IMG/VR virus record: IMGVR_UViG_3300037243_000174
Coordinates: 1-42,474 of that record
Source: a virus
Lineage: Duplodnaviria; Caudoviricetes
Direction: 5' to 3' (one strand)
DNA length: 42,474 nucleotides
The notes beneath the pieces are model-generated. The model saw nothing but the letters and a program-made list of their open reading frames with translations, was not told where the DNA came from and made no database searches. Position numbers and translations under genes: made by a program. Below are positions 1-8,180 of this stretch, one piece after another. Position 1 is the first letter of the stretch; each line of letters begins with the position of its first letter.

Positions 1-3000
1 CCGCTCCGCCTGGGTGGGGGGCAGCCGCTTGTCCTTATCGGCGACCTGCTTGGCCTTCAGCTTGGCGAAGTTGTAGTGGTCATCCCACACCTTGTGGGTC
101 AGCCCATAGTCGATGATCACCGCATGCTGCTTGACATCGCCCCACTGCTCGGGCCGCTTCAGGTCGTCCGGGGACAGTTCATGCTGCTGCAGGCTGCGGA
201 CCAGTTTGCGGGTCCCCGGCGGTAGGTCGTCGATCACCACCTGCCGGTCAGCCGGGGTCTTGGCATGGGTGAGCTGGGTGATTCGGGAGCAGAAGGTGCC
301 GAAATCAAGCCCGAAGTCGCGCCGGAAGTCAGCGGGCACTAGCGCGTGGGCGTAGTCCACCACCAGCGCCAGGCTGCCCTGGGTGGCGAACAGCACCTGG
401 GCGATCGGCAGGTCGTTGAAGTTGCGGGCGATATGTTCCTCGACTTGATTCTGGGCCACCCCAGCCGGGTTCATGGCGATCTTGAGGGCATGCTCCTTGT
501 CGATCTGGTAGCAGATCCGGGAGCTGCCCTCGTCGCCCACCTGCAGGTAGCTCTCGGTGGCCCAGGTGCGCAGCAGCCACAGCTTGAACAGGGTGTCAGG
601 GTACGGCTTCAGCATCTTGTCCAGTGCACCCGCTTCGATCTGCTGGGCGCTCATGCCGACCAGCTTGGGCAGGGTGGTGATCCTGATCAGCGCGGTCATG
701 GGGAACGCCCCGCCCAGCTTGGTCAGGATCCACTTGGCGATCAGCGCTCCGTTCAGCTTGGTCCGGTCCAGCCGCTGAGTCTTGACCCGGCCATTGAAGC
801 CTTCGGTGAAAGCGACCGCGTCACTGGCGCCCTCGCCGTCGGGGCCCATCAAGAAGGAGAGCCGGTCGTCGGTGCTGGTGGTCAGGTAGGCCTCGACCGC
901 TGCCATGCCGGTATACAGGGTCAGGAACTTCCCGGCCCAGGCAACCACCTCGTTGGCGGTGTTCAGAGTGACCTGGGGCTGAGCCACCTGCCCCGGCTGG
1001 GGTGTGGCCGACTTCTTCCGCAGCAGCTTGGCGTGCTTACGTCGGGCGCCTCCTGACGGAAATCCGAGAGAGGCATTCGCCACAGCTCGTGGGACTGCAA
1101 ACTGCCCGTGGTTTTCCAGCCACTCATCGATGTCCCATTCCTCCCGCTGGTAGCTGTTAGCACCGGCGACGTCGAGCAGCTTGGCGTCACCAAGGTCAAA
1201 ATCCATATGAACCGCGTCCCTTGGCACCCGGATGCGCATGACCTCGGCTGGGCTCACCCCAGGAACCTCGCCGTAGCGCTGGGCCGCCTCATAGTCGTTG
1301 GTCAGGTATACCCACGGGGTGTTGAATCCTCTTTTTCGGATACGGGATGCCGCTTCCGGACTGGTTCCATGAAACAGTGTCACCGACCCTGATGCCTGCT
1401 TGCGCTGGGCCTCCAGCATCTCCTGCAGCTCGCCGCCCTGCTCCTTGGCCTCCTCGGCGTCGTCGACGTGGCTGGGGGTTTCCAGCGCGTGCACCAGCTT
1501 CTCGTGCTCATCGATCGCGTCGCCCAGGCTCATGGAGTAGGTGTCATCCTTGATCTGCTCGGCGGTCTTCGGCTGCAGCAGCTTGGCTACTCGTCGTCCG
1601 GCGGAGCGAGCAGGGGATTCGGGTAGGGGCAGGTCACCTGAGCGAGATAGCGCTGCATTTGCTCTGCCGAGCACTCGCTCGACCCCGTGACTGTCTTGGA
1701 CGGTGTAGAGATCACGTAGGATCCGTCGTCGTTCCAGGTCAGTGATCCCCCGCTGTAGGTTCTTCCATCTTTGGTCACGGCCTATGAACCCCTCAACGGT
1801 TAATTCTCGGTCGGATTGCAGGTCACGTCCATAAGAATCGCATAGCTCGGTAGAAATGGCCTTGACCTCGTAGTTGCAGCGATCCTGCCCCAGGTCGTTA
1901 TGCCTAGGGTTGTCGTTCATCTGGTCATACCCCGCACGGTCCCACTGGAACATGTGGGAAAGCTCGTGGGCAAAAAAGTTTTTAACTTCATGAACCAGAC
2001 TCGGAGAAAACCCGCTCAGCATGGATCGCACGTCCACCCCGTGTAGGTCCAGGGCCATCGCCTCCGGCCCCACCCCACCCCTGGCGGACACCGTGTCCCT
2101 CTTGCTCAGGTTCCACTGCACAGATAGGATGTGCACCCCTGCGGCAGGAATCCACTCGGGGATCACGTCGGCAACAGAAACCTGCGTCGACGCCGGTCCA
2201 GTGGTAGGGTTGTTACGGTAGGCCATGCGAACCGCCTCTTCGCACCTTCGCGCCAGCGTGTCCACCAGCTCTGGGGGGACTGGCACTGGGTGCGCCAGCT
2301 TCGGCTGCAGCAGCTTGGCCGTTCTCCCGGTTACTCTTCCCCGGGCCAGTTCTGGAATTCGCGCGGCAGCTCCGCTTCCAGCTCGGCTGGCAGTGGCTCG
2401 TCCGGGTTCAGCTCCGGATGGTTCATCCGCAGGTAGTTCTCCCTGGTAAGAGGAATCCCGTGGGATTTCATCGCCTCCAGTGTGGGGTTGAGCCCAGCTT
2501 GGGGTCTGGATCCCCCCGGCGTGATCGACAATGGCACTACGGGCGGTATCGGCATTGATGCTCCCCTTGGCGAACTTGGACCAGACGTGGTCGACCTGTG
2601 ACTGCAGTTTGGCATCTTTCTGCTCGGGCCTGAAGAGTCCCCTGACTGATTCCCAGGTGATCGACTGAAGCTCCCTGGGCTGGACGCCCAGCTCATTGGC
2701 TGCCCTGCGGTAGGCCTCAGCATAGAACCCGTAGAGGCCAGCGTTACCATGGACGGAACTCTTGACCGGGCCCGGCTCTCCGGGCTGACCCTTGACCGGG
2801 ATGTAGTTCTGGCCAAAGTTGTGCAGCACCTCGCGACTGGTCCCGGCCAAGGGGCGGATCAAAGCTGCGGCCACCGCATGGGTGTCAATCGTCACGTCTC
2901 CGCCGCTGGACAGAGGGGCGATCAGGTTGTTGTAGAAGCTGCGCACCTTGTGATTGGCGGTCTTCCCCTCAGGGCTGAGGATGCTGGAGATCACCTTGTT

Positions 3001-4536
3001 GTTGGTGGCCTCCACGCACCCGATCGCCTTGGAGATGGTGTCGAAGCCGCCCCAGGCCAGTCCGGTGGGGGTGCCATCGTTGTTCAGGTACCAGTCACCG
3101 AACTCCCCCTCCGGGGTGAGCTGGCGGCACTGGTGCGGGTTGGTGGCTTCGTCCCACGCCCGGACCCAGATGGCCATCCCGTAGAGATTGCCCTCCGCCT
3201 GCAGCTGGTGCAGAGTCTTACCCTCCAGCTCAGGTAGCAGGTCGACCGGACTGGGACGGCCGGAGGACGGCTTGGACCACACGTTGTCCTTACCCTTGGC
3301 CGGACCGGTGAGCAGGGCGGTCATGGCGGGGGACCAGGGCTGGTCGGCCTGCTGGCACACGGCGGTCATTACCCGCTCAGCCAGGGATACGTTCTGGAAC
3401 CAGTCCTTCTGGGGGGACAGGGAGGCCAGACACCCGGCCACCTGGTGGGGCTTCAGGCCGAACTTGGCCGACCAGCGGTGCACCAGCCGGTTACCACCGA
3501 CGTACCATGCCTTGGACCGCTTGCGCAGATTGGTGCCCCAGGAGTTGTAGAGCCAGATCAGGTTGTTCTTCATCAGCTCGATGATGGCTTCAGCCTGATC
3601 TTGCACGGAGCCCTTGCCGGTGATCCCGGTGAAGTTGGGGTAGCTCTCCAGTAGGGCGACATTGGCGGCAAAAGCGTCAGGATCCCGTGACAGGGGCTCA
3701 AGACCGGGCTGCAGCTTGTCGGCCCCATGGGGATTCTCCAGCGGCGTCTCGCGCGCCACCCCCCGGGGTGCCTCCTTGGCCCAGGGCTGGCGGGGGCTGA
3801 TGCGCATGTCGTCCAGGCTGTTGACCAGGTCGTCTTCGTCCTGCTCGATCACCGCGTCCCAGATCGGGTGCAGTCCGGTGAACCCCCCGACTGCCTTGAG
3901 GAACGGATTGAACTGATCGCCCAGGCCGGAGCGCAACTTGGCAACGAAAGCGTCGAAGGTCTTGACCCCACCCTGCATGGCCTGCTGGGCGATGCTGTAG
4001 AACTGCTCCAGCGTGGGGCCGTCGACCTGCAGCTGGTCGGCGACAATACCGCAGGAATCCAGCTTGGCGACGACGAAGCCTTTCTTCCAGCCGGTCCACT
4101 TCGGCTCCGGGGTTTTGACGAAGGCGTCGACAATGTCCCCCAGCACCTGCTGCTTGCGCAGCTTGTTCTCCAGCACCAGGGCCCGCACCCGCTGGTTGAT
4201 CTGGGTCGAAAGCATCTTGCTGTGCTTGACGCTGAAGATCAGCTCGACGTATTCCTGATCGAGCACCGCCCAGGCCTGCTCGGCAAACGCCTGGGCGGTG
4301 GCCAGCGGGGAGGGTCCCGGGGGCACCTGGACCAGGAACGGCTTGGAGCCATGGTTGCGGCCGTCTTCGCCGATCACGTGCAGCTCCCCGCGCAGACCGC
4401 CGCCTGTCAGCACCGGCTCGGCGTACAGCTCGAAGCTGGGCCCGGCGAGGCCTTCCAGGACGATCTTGACCACCCGGCCGCTGCCGTCGTCGATGTCGTG
4501 TTCAATGCGGGCGGTTACTTGGGTCACGGCGGCCAT
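1..4536 (-). CDS. Polyvalent protein A (3'-partial, >1512 aa): N-terminal unknown domain, HhH/EndoIII-like (DUF7178-like) domain, HExxH zincin, ART-like domain, protein-kinase-like domain
   Basis: Not in the ORF track. Hand translation from ATG 4536 (alternative GTG 4527, better spaced from GGAG) has no stop before base 1. Motifs: LSPQKDWFQN / HKVRSFYNN / VTIDTHA / PRELQSITWE (~3430-2640), HELSH (1954-1968), LFHGTS...VYLT (~1380-1290), GSSRICY..ALKIAMN..G..QN..E / DLKRPEQWG / IIDYG (~530-90). Confidence 0.9.
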   Translation of the reverse strand, partial: MAAVTQVTARIEHDIDDGSGRVVKIVLEGLAGPSFELYAEPVLTGGGLRGELHVIGEDGRNHGSKPFLVQVPPGPSPLATAQAFAEQAWAVLDQEYVELIFSVKHSKMLSTQINQRVRALVLENKLRKQQVLGDIVDAFVKTPEPKWTGWKKGFVVAKLDSCGIVADQLQVDGPTLEQFYSIAQQAMQGGVKTFDAFVAKLRSGLGDQFNPFLKAVGGFTGLHPIWDAVIEQDEDDLVNSLDDMRISPRQPWAKEAPRGVARETPLENPHGADKLQPGLEPLSRDPDAFAANVALLESYPNFTGITGKGSVQDQAEAIIELMKNNLIWLYNSWGTNLRKRSKAWYVGGNRLVHRWSAKFGLKPHQVAGCLASLSPQKDWFQNVSLAERVMTAVCQQADQPWSPAMTALLTGPAKGKDNVWSKPSSGRPSPVDLLPELEGKTLHQLQAEGNLYGMAIWVRAWDEATNPHQCRQLTPEGEFGDWYLNNDGTPTGLAWGGFDTISKAIGCVEATNNKVISSILSPEGKTANHKVRSFYNNLIAPLSSGGDVTIDTHAVAAALIRPLAGTSREVLHNFGQNYIPVKGQPGEPGPVKSSVHGNAGLYGFYAEAYRRAANELGVQPRELQSITWESVRGLFRPEQKDAKLQSQVDHVWSKFAKGSINADTARSAIVDHAGGIQTPSWAQPHTGGDEIPRDSSYQGELPADEPSGAEPGRATASRAGSGAAARIPELARGRVTGRTAKLLQPKLAHPVPVPPELVDTLARRCEEAVRMAYRNNPTTGPASTQVSVADVIPEWIPAAGVHILSVQWNLSKRDTVSARGGVGPEAMALDLHGVDVRSMLSGFSPSLVHEVKNFFAHELSHMFQWDRAGYDQMNDNPRHNDLGQDRCNYEVKAISTELCDSYGRDLQSDRELTVEGFIGRDQRWKNLQRGITDLERRRILRDLYTVQDSHGVERVLGRANAALSRSGDLPLPESPARSAGRRVAKLLQPKTAEQIKDDTYSMSLGDAIDEHEKLVHALETPSHVDDAEEAKEQGGELQEMLEAQRKQASGSVTLFHGTSPEAASRIRKRGFNTPWVYLTNDYEAAQRYGEVPGVSPAEVMRIRVPRDAVHMDFDLGDAKLLDVAGANSYQREEWDIDEWLENHGQFAVPRAVANASLGFPSGGARRKHAKLLRKKSATPQPGQVAQPQVTLNTANEVVAWAGKFLTLYTGMAAVEAYLTTSTDDRLSFLMGPDGEGASDAVAFTEGFNGRVKTQRLDRTKLNGALIAKWILTKLGGAFPMTALIRITTLPKLVGMSAQQIEAGALDKMLKPYPDTLFKLWLLRTWATESYLQVGDEGSSRICYQIDKEHALKIAMNPAGVAQNQVEEHIARNFNDLPIAQVLFATQGSLALVVDYAHALVPADFRRDFGLDFGTFCSRITQLTHAKTPADRQVVIDDLPPGTRKLVRSLQQHELSPDDLKRPEQWGDVKQHAVIIDYGLTHKVWDDHYNFAKLKAKQVADKDKRLPPTQAER
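1012..1032 (-). repeat. Linker motif variant encoding AKLLRKK
   Basis: GCCAAGCTGCTGCGGAAGAAG between the ART-like domain and the next domain of polyprotein A. Confidence 0.6.
1567..1587 (-). repeat. 21-nt linker repeat GCCAAGCTGCTGCAGCCGAAG (AKLLQPK), exact copy
   Basis: Identical to 2299-2319, 11743-11763 and 12505-12525; in frame at a domain boundary. Confidence 0.95.
1587..1778 (-). CDS. Candidate nested +1-frame peptide (63 aa) overlapping the zincin C-terminus and linker of polyprotein A
   Basis: GTG 1778 preceded by GAGGGG (10-nt spacer); TAG stop overlaps the first base of the AKLLQPK repeat; C-terminus QRYLAQVTCPYPNPLLAPPDDE. Confidence 0.4.
   Translation of the reverse strand: MTKDGRTYSGGSLTWNDDGSYVISTPSKTVTGSSECSAEQMQRYLAQVTCPYPNPLLAPPDDE
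2299..2319 (-). repeat. 21-nt linker repeat (AKLLQPK), exact copy
   Basis: Identical to the other three exact copies; immediately precedes a zincin domain. Confidence 0.95.
2331..2555 (-). CDS. Candidate nested +1-frame small acidic protein (74 aa) following the HhH/EndoIII-like domain
   Basis: AAGGGGAG SD 5 nt before ATG 2555; product MPIPP...LEAMKSHGIPLTRENYLRMNHPELNPDEPLPAELEAELPREFQNWPGEE is protein-like while the host frame here is a low-complexity G/A/R/P linker; stop lies just before the AKLLQPK repeat. Confidence 0.6.
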   Translation of the reverse strand: MPIPPVVPLSITPGGSRPQAGLNPTLEAMKSHGIPLTRENYLRMNHPELNPDEPLPAELEAELPREFQNWPGEE

Positions 4537-4549
4537 CTCCACTTAGGAA

Positions 4550-7500
4550 TCAGGGAGCAGTCGGGGCGGCCTTCAGCTTCTGCTTCCGCTCAGCCCAGCG
4601 CACCAGGTAGTCGTCCACCGCCAGGGCCACGTTGCGGATCAGGTAGCGCCGGTTGTCCTGGTTCCAGTGCCGGTTGTAGCGCTTCCAGGTGGCTGAGCGC
4701 ATCAGCAGCTGCTCCATCGGCAGCACGTCCGGCAGGCGCTGGACGCCCAGGTGATCCTCCACCTCCTTGATGATCATCTGCAGGAAGGCGCGCACCTCGT
4801 TGGGCGCGTTGAAGTATTCCAGGCCGCCCTTGGCGTAGCTGGGCCGGTCGGTGTTGTATTCGTGCCGCCGGGGGTCCATGAGGTGGGTCAGCTCGTGGTA
4901 GACCACGCTGCGCAGCTCGTTCCTCAGCGCGTAGGTGTCGGCATCGTCCCAGACCATGTAGAGGCAGTGGTGGTCCAGGGTGACGACGATGGTCGGCGGA
5001 GCGGACCCCTCATCATGCAGGGAGCCCTTGACCACGAACCGGCCGACGCTGCGCTTGGGGAACTTCACGTAGACCAGCTCCAGCTTGATCGGTTCGTTGT
5101 CGTACCACTCCGGGTGGGCATGCACGTGGCGCCCGGCCGGGTTGAGCCACTCCTTGCTCGCCTCCGGGCCGTCCAGCAGGGCCCGCTCGTAGCCCTTGGG
5201 GGGATGGTGCAGGATGGTGTCCAGCAGGATCGAGAGGATCTGGCCGACCGCGCCGGACGGCAGGGGGATGGCCCGGGCGGTCTTGGCCACCTGACCCTTC
5301 ACCACCTCGGCGCCGAACTGCTCCTGGAACCGCTTCACCTCGCTGCTTGGGACCAGCACCGCGACCCGGGTCTCGCCGGAGTCCCGCAGCACCGCCCACC
5401 GATGGCGGCCGTCGCCGAACATGATGCTGCCGCTCGGGGTCAAGCCCATCATGGGGACGTCGATCGGGGTGTCCGGGTTGTCCTTCAGCCACTGCTGGAA
5501 CTGGGAGTAGCGGTTGCCGATGGACGCTCCCGAGCCCCCCGCCCCTACATAGAAGTTGCTGTCCTGGGAGTAGCTGGCCTCGACCGCAGCCACGTCGACG
5601 GTGATCAGGGTGTAGTCGCGGTAGGTCCGCTTGGGCTGGTAGAGCAGGGCCTGCTTGTCGGCGGCCATCAAGGCCTTGTTCCCGGGATCCCAGGTCCCCT
5701 TGTTCTTGATCGACTTGAGCTGGGCCGGGTCGAACACGAAGCCGGTGAAGGTGCCGTCCTTCTCCGGCAGGATGGCGCCGTCGTAGCCCCGGTGCTTGAA
5801 CTCGCACAGCATGAGCTGGTCGTACTCCTTCCATCCCGCCGGGTTCGAGATCTTGGCGAACATCTCCAGGATGATGCCCTTCCCGGCGGCGCCGACCTCA
5901 CCGGCCTCGATCGCTGAGCGGTCGTTGGTGAACCAGATGATGCCCTGGGTGGTCAGCTTGGGGTTGAACGAGCGGAACTTCTTGTCGGTGCCGTGGTAGA
6001 CCACGACCGGCTGGCCGCTGGCGTCGACCACCTTGCTGTCGCTGAACCAGGACTTGAAGGCCGGGGACTCGGTGGGGTCCTGGACGGGCGCAGCCGCCGC
6101 CTTCGCCACCCCGTCTCCTCCCAACCATGTCCTGAACTCGGCCACGCCCATGGTCTTGATCGAGCCGAGCCGGTCGTTCTCCCAGCCCGCCGGGTAGTGC
6201 ATCAGGTAGCCGCGCTTGGCCTCCTCCAGGCTGGTGAAGCCGAGCATGCACTTCGTCTCGTCGAAGGAGCCGTCCTTCTTCAGCTGGTTGACCACGAACA
6301 CCTGCAGGGCGTCGTGACTGGGCCCGACGTAGACGTCGATGGTCTCCCCGTCTCCCCCCAGGGGACCGCCTTCGATGCAGCCGTAGTCGAGCAGGTAGAC
6401 CCGGGCCCAGGCCTTGCCCTCCTCGTCCTCGCCCAGCTTGGTGGACCCGGCCGGGTACTCGATTGCCACCGGGAAGCCGGAGACGGTCAGTCGGCGGCGG
6501 ATGGGGTCGTCCCCGGCAGTTCGTCGGGCAGCGACATGTAGCGCACGGAGCGAGGACCTATGGGGGTTGGGCAGGGCACCATCAGATCCCACCGGGGTCC
6601 GTGGCTCCATAGGGGCTCCACCTCCCCCTTGGGATTTATCCAGGACCCAGGCGAGGTCTCGGACAATTCTGTTTCTTCCGGCTTCAGGCATTTGTTCTCG
6701 GATGGCAGACCATCGCCAATCGGCATTGAGGAACTCCTCTATGGTTGTATCCCGCTCAGGTTTATCGGCTGTCTCTGGATGCGGTCGAGTCTGCAGCCAC
6801 TTCCTGAAGTCCATGCATAGTTCAGTCGCTAAGGCTTTGACCTCGAGGGGGTGGGCCATGGGGAGGGGGCCCCTGCGATTGCTGGCTTCCTGGTAGTGCT
6901 CTGCTCCCTCGTAGAGAGCCTGGGCTGCATGAGACAATTCGTGGGATACAGTGGACCACAGGTCCTTCAGTAGGAACGCGGGGGGAGCACTGGCCACCTC
7001 GCGGGATAAGGTGGTCGTCTTTATGATGATACCCGGGGGGGTCGCGTAGGTGCCTGCGTCCGCAACGGACGGGGTGCTACAGGGCACATTGGACACGCCT
7101 AGGTAGACCTTGAACTCGTAGCCCGAAAAACCTGCTAGGGCTTCGTCCAAAACGTAGTTGGATAGATCGGTGTCGACCCACATGCTGTTCGAGGCAACTG
7201 CACCGTCCCACGCCGCACCCGATGTGGCGGCAGCCAGCCCCTTCAGCTTTTGGGCCAACTCGCTTGTGACCGCGTCAACCAGCCCTGGGGCTATGCTGAT
7301 GGGCGCGGCAGTCTTGGCCGAGGCGGTCATCCGGGCATCAGCCGGATCGAATGCCCCGCTGTTGCCGATGGCGGACTTGATCTGGTTGGGGCTGAACGCC
7401 ACGTACATCGATCGCCCTGCGGCTTTCCCGGTGCCGACGATGATCATGCCGTCGTGCCCGGCCTTCTTGCACTTGGCCTGCAGGTCCTCCCAGTTGCTGT

Positions 7501-7870
7501 CGTACCAGAGCTGGGTCCACTGGCCGCCGGACTTGCGCACGTAGGGGTACTTGATCGACAGGTAGACCGGCTTGACGTTGGGCCCGGCCCCGCCCTTGTC
7601 CGACAGGCCCTTGTGGATCTCCGACCAGCGGGCCACGTCCTCCGCCTCGTCCGGGTCGCTGGTGAAGAAGAACCCCTCCCGGCCAGGGAACCTGAATTCC
7701 CCGTAGTTGCTGTTCTGCTTGGCCATCTCGAACGTGTCGAAATCGTGGGCGGTGCCGTGAAACACCATCAGCGGTCCACCGGAGGGGTCGACGACCTTGG
7801 ACCCGGTGAACCAGGCCTCGAACTCAGGGGTCGCGGGCGCCTTACGAGGCGGGACGAAGTTGGCGGGCAT
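4550..7870 (-). CDS. Polyvalent protein B (1106 aa): ART-PolyVal-like, HExxH zincin, inorganic-pyrophosphatase-like, second ART-PolyVal-like, ParB-like, C-terminal zincin
   Basis: AAAGGA SD. Two F.xWF.xSKVVD..G.P.V.(F/Y)HGT...G.DG...F.P.Q.KS..N.G.(F/W)D units; HELSH 6929-6943; IEYPAGS..DYG..GGDGETIDVYVGP..FDETKCMLGF; DGRHRW; HELTH 4883-4897. Confidence 0.92.
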   Translation of the reverse strand: MPANFVPPRKAPATPEFEAWFTGSKVVDPSGGPLMVFHGTAHDFDTFEMAKQNSNYGEFRFPGREGFFFTSDPDEAEDVARWSEIHKGLSDKGGAGPNVKPVYLSIKYPYVRKSGGQWTQLWYDSNWEDLQAKCKKAGHDGMIIVGTGKAAGRSMYVAFSPNQIKSAIGNSGAFDPADARMTASAKTAAPISIAPGLVDAVTSELAQKLKGLAAATSGAAWDGAVASNSMWVDTDLSNYVLDEALAGFSGYEFKVYLGVSNVPCSTPSVADAGTYATPPGIIIKTTTLSREVASAPPAFLLKDLWSTVSHELSHAAQALYEGAEHYQEASNRRGPLPMAHPLEVKALATELCMDFRKWLQTRPHPETADKPERDTTIEEFLNADWRWSAIREQMPEAGRNRIVRDLAWVLDKSQGGGGAPMEPRTPVGSDGALPNPHRSSLRALHVAARRTAGDDPIRRRLTVSGFPVAIEYPAGSTKLGEDEEGKAWARVYLLDYGCIEGGPLGGDGETIDVYVGPSHDALQVFVVNQLKKDGSFDETKCMLGFTSLEEAKRGYLMHYPAGWENDRLGSIKTMGVAEFRTWLGGDGVAKAAAAPVQDPTESPAFKSWFSDSKVVDASGQPVVVYHGTDKKFRSFNPKLTTQGIIWFTNDRSAIEAGEVGAAGKGIILEMFAKISNPAGWKEYDQLMLCEFKHRGYDGAILPEKDGTFTGFVFDPAQLKSIKNKGTWDPGNKALMAADKQALLYQPKRTYRDYTLITVDVAAVEASYSQDSNFYVGAGGSGASIGNRYSQFQQWLKDNPDTPIDVPMMGLTPSGSIMFGDGRHRWAVLRDSGETRVAVLVPSSEVKRFQEQFGAEVVKGQVAKTARAIPLPSGAVGQILSILLDTILHHPPKGYERALLDGPEASKEWLNPAGRHVHAHPEWYDNEPIKLELVYVKFPKRSVGRFVVKGSLHDEGSAPPTIVVTLDHHCLYMVWDDADTYALRNELRSVVYHELTHLMDPRRHEYNTDRPSYAKGGLEYFNAPNEVRAFLQMIIKEVEDHLGVQRLPDVLPMEQLLMRSATWKRYNRHWNQDNRRYLIRNVALAVDDYLVRWAERKQKLKAAPTAP
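6487..6726 (-). CDS. Candidate nested +1-frame peptide (79 aa) overlapping the zincin C-terminus and linker of polyprotein B
   Basis: AGAGGAG SD 7 nt before ATG 6726; C-terminal half WINPKGEVEPLWSHGPRWDLMVPCPTPIGPRSVRYMSLPDELPG spans a low-complexity host linker. Confidence 0.45.
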   Translation of the reverse strand: MPIGDGLPSENKCLKPEETELSETSPGSWINPKGEVEPLWSHGPRWDLMVPCPTPIGPRSVRYMSLPDELPGTTPSAAD

Positions 7871-8180
7871 TTGTGGTTCCTTTCGTGCGCAGGTGCTTAT
7901 GCTTCTTGGTGCCCATGGCCTGGGCCGCCTGCAGCGGAGCCATGTGCTGCGGGGTCATCGGCTCTTCCGGCCCGGGCAGGCCCAGCAGCGCGGCCTCCAC
8001 CAGCGGGCGCAGGGCCCGGCCGACCGTCTCGCCCTTGACCAGACCTTCCCACGGCTTCAACGTGGCCAGCCGGGCATAGACCTCGGCCCACAGGTACGGA
8101 GTCTTGGGTAGCACACCGTCACGGGCCTTGATGGACAGGATTTCACGTTGGACCAGCTTCATGACTTCGGCCTCGGTCAT
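7842..8180 (-). CDS. Hypothetical protein (112 aa)
   Basis: GAGGG SD; short overlaps with both neighbours; normal amphipathic composition. Confidence 0.7.
   Translation of the reverse strand: MTEAEVMKLVQREILSIKARDGVLPKTPYLWAEVYARLATLKPWEGLVKGETVGRALRPLVEAALLGLPGPEEPMTPQHMAPLQAAQAMGTKKHKHLRTKGTTNARQLRPAS

Noticed and set aside
2556-2816. Upstream extension of the 161-aa ORF 2331-2816
   Set aside because: Overlaps the conserved HhH-like core and reads as S/R/P shadow; the SD-supported ATG is at 2555.
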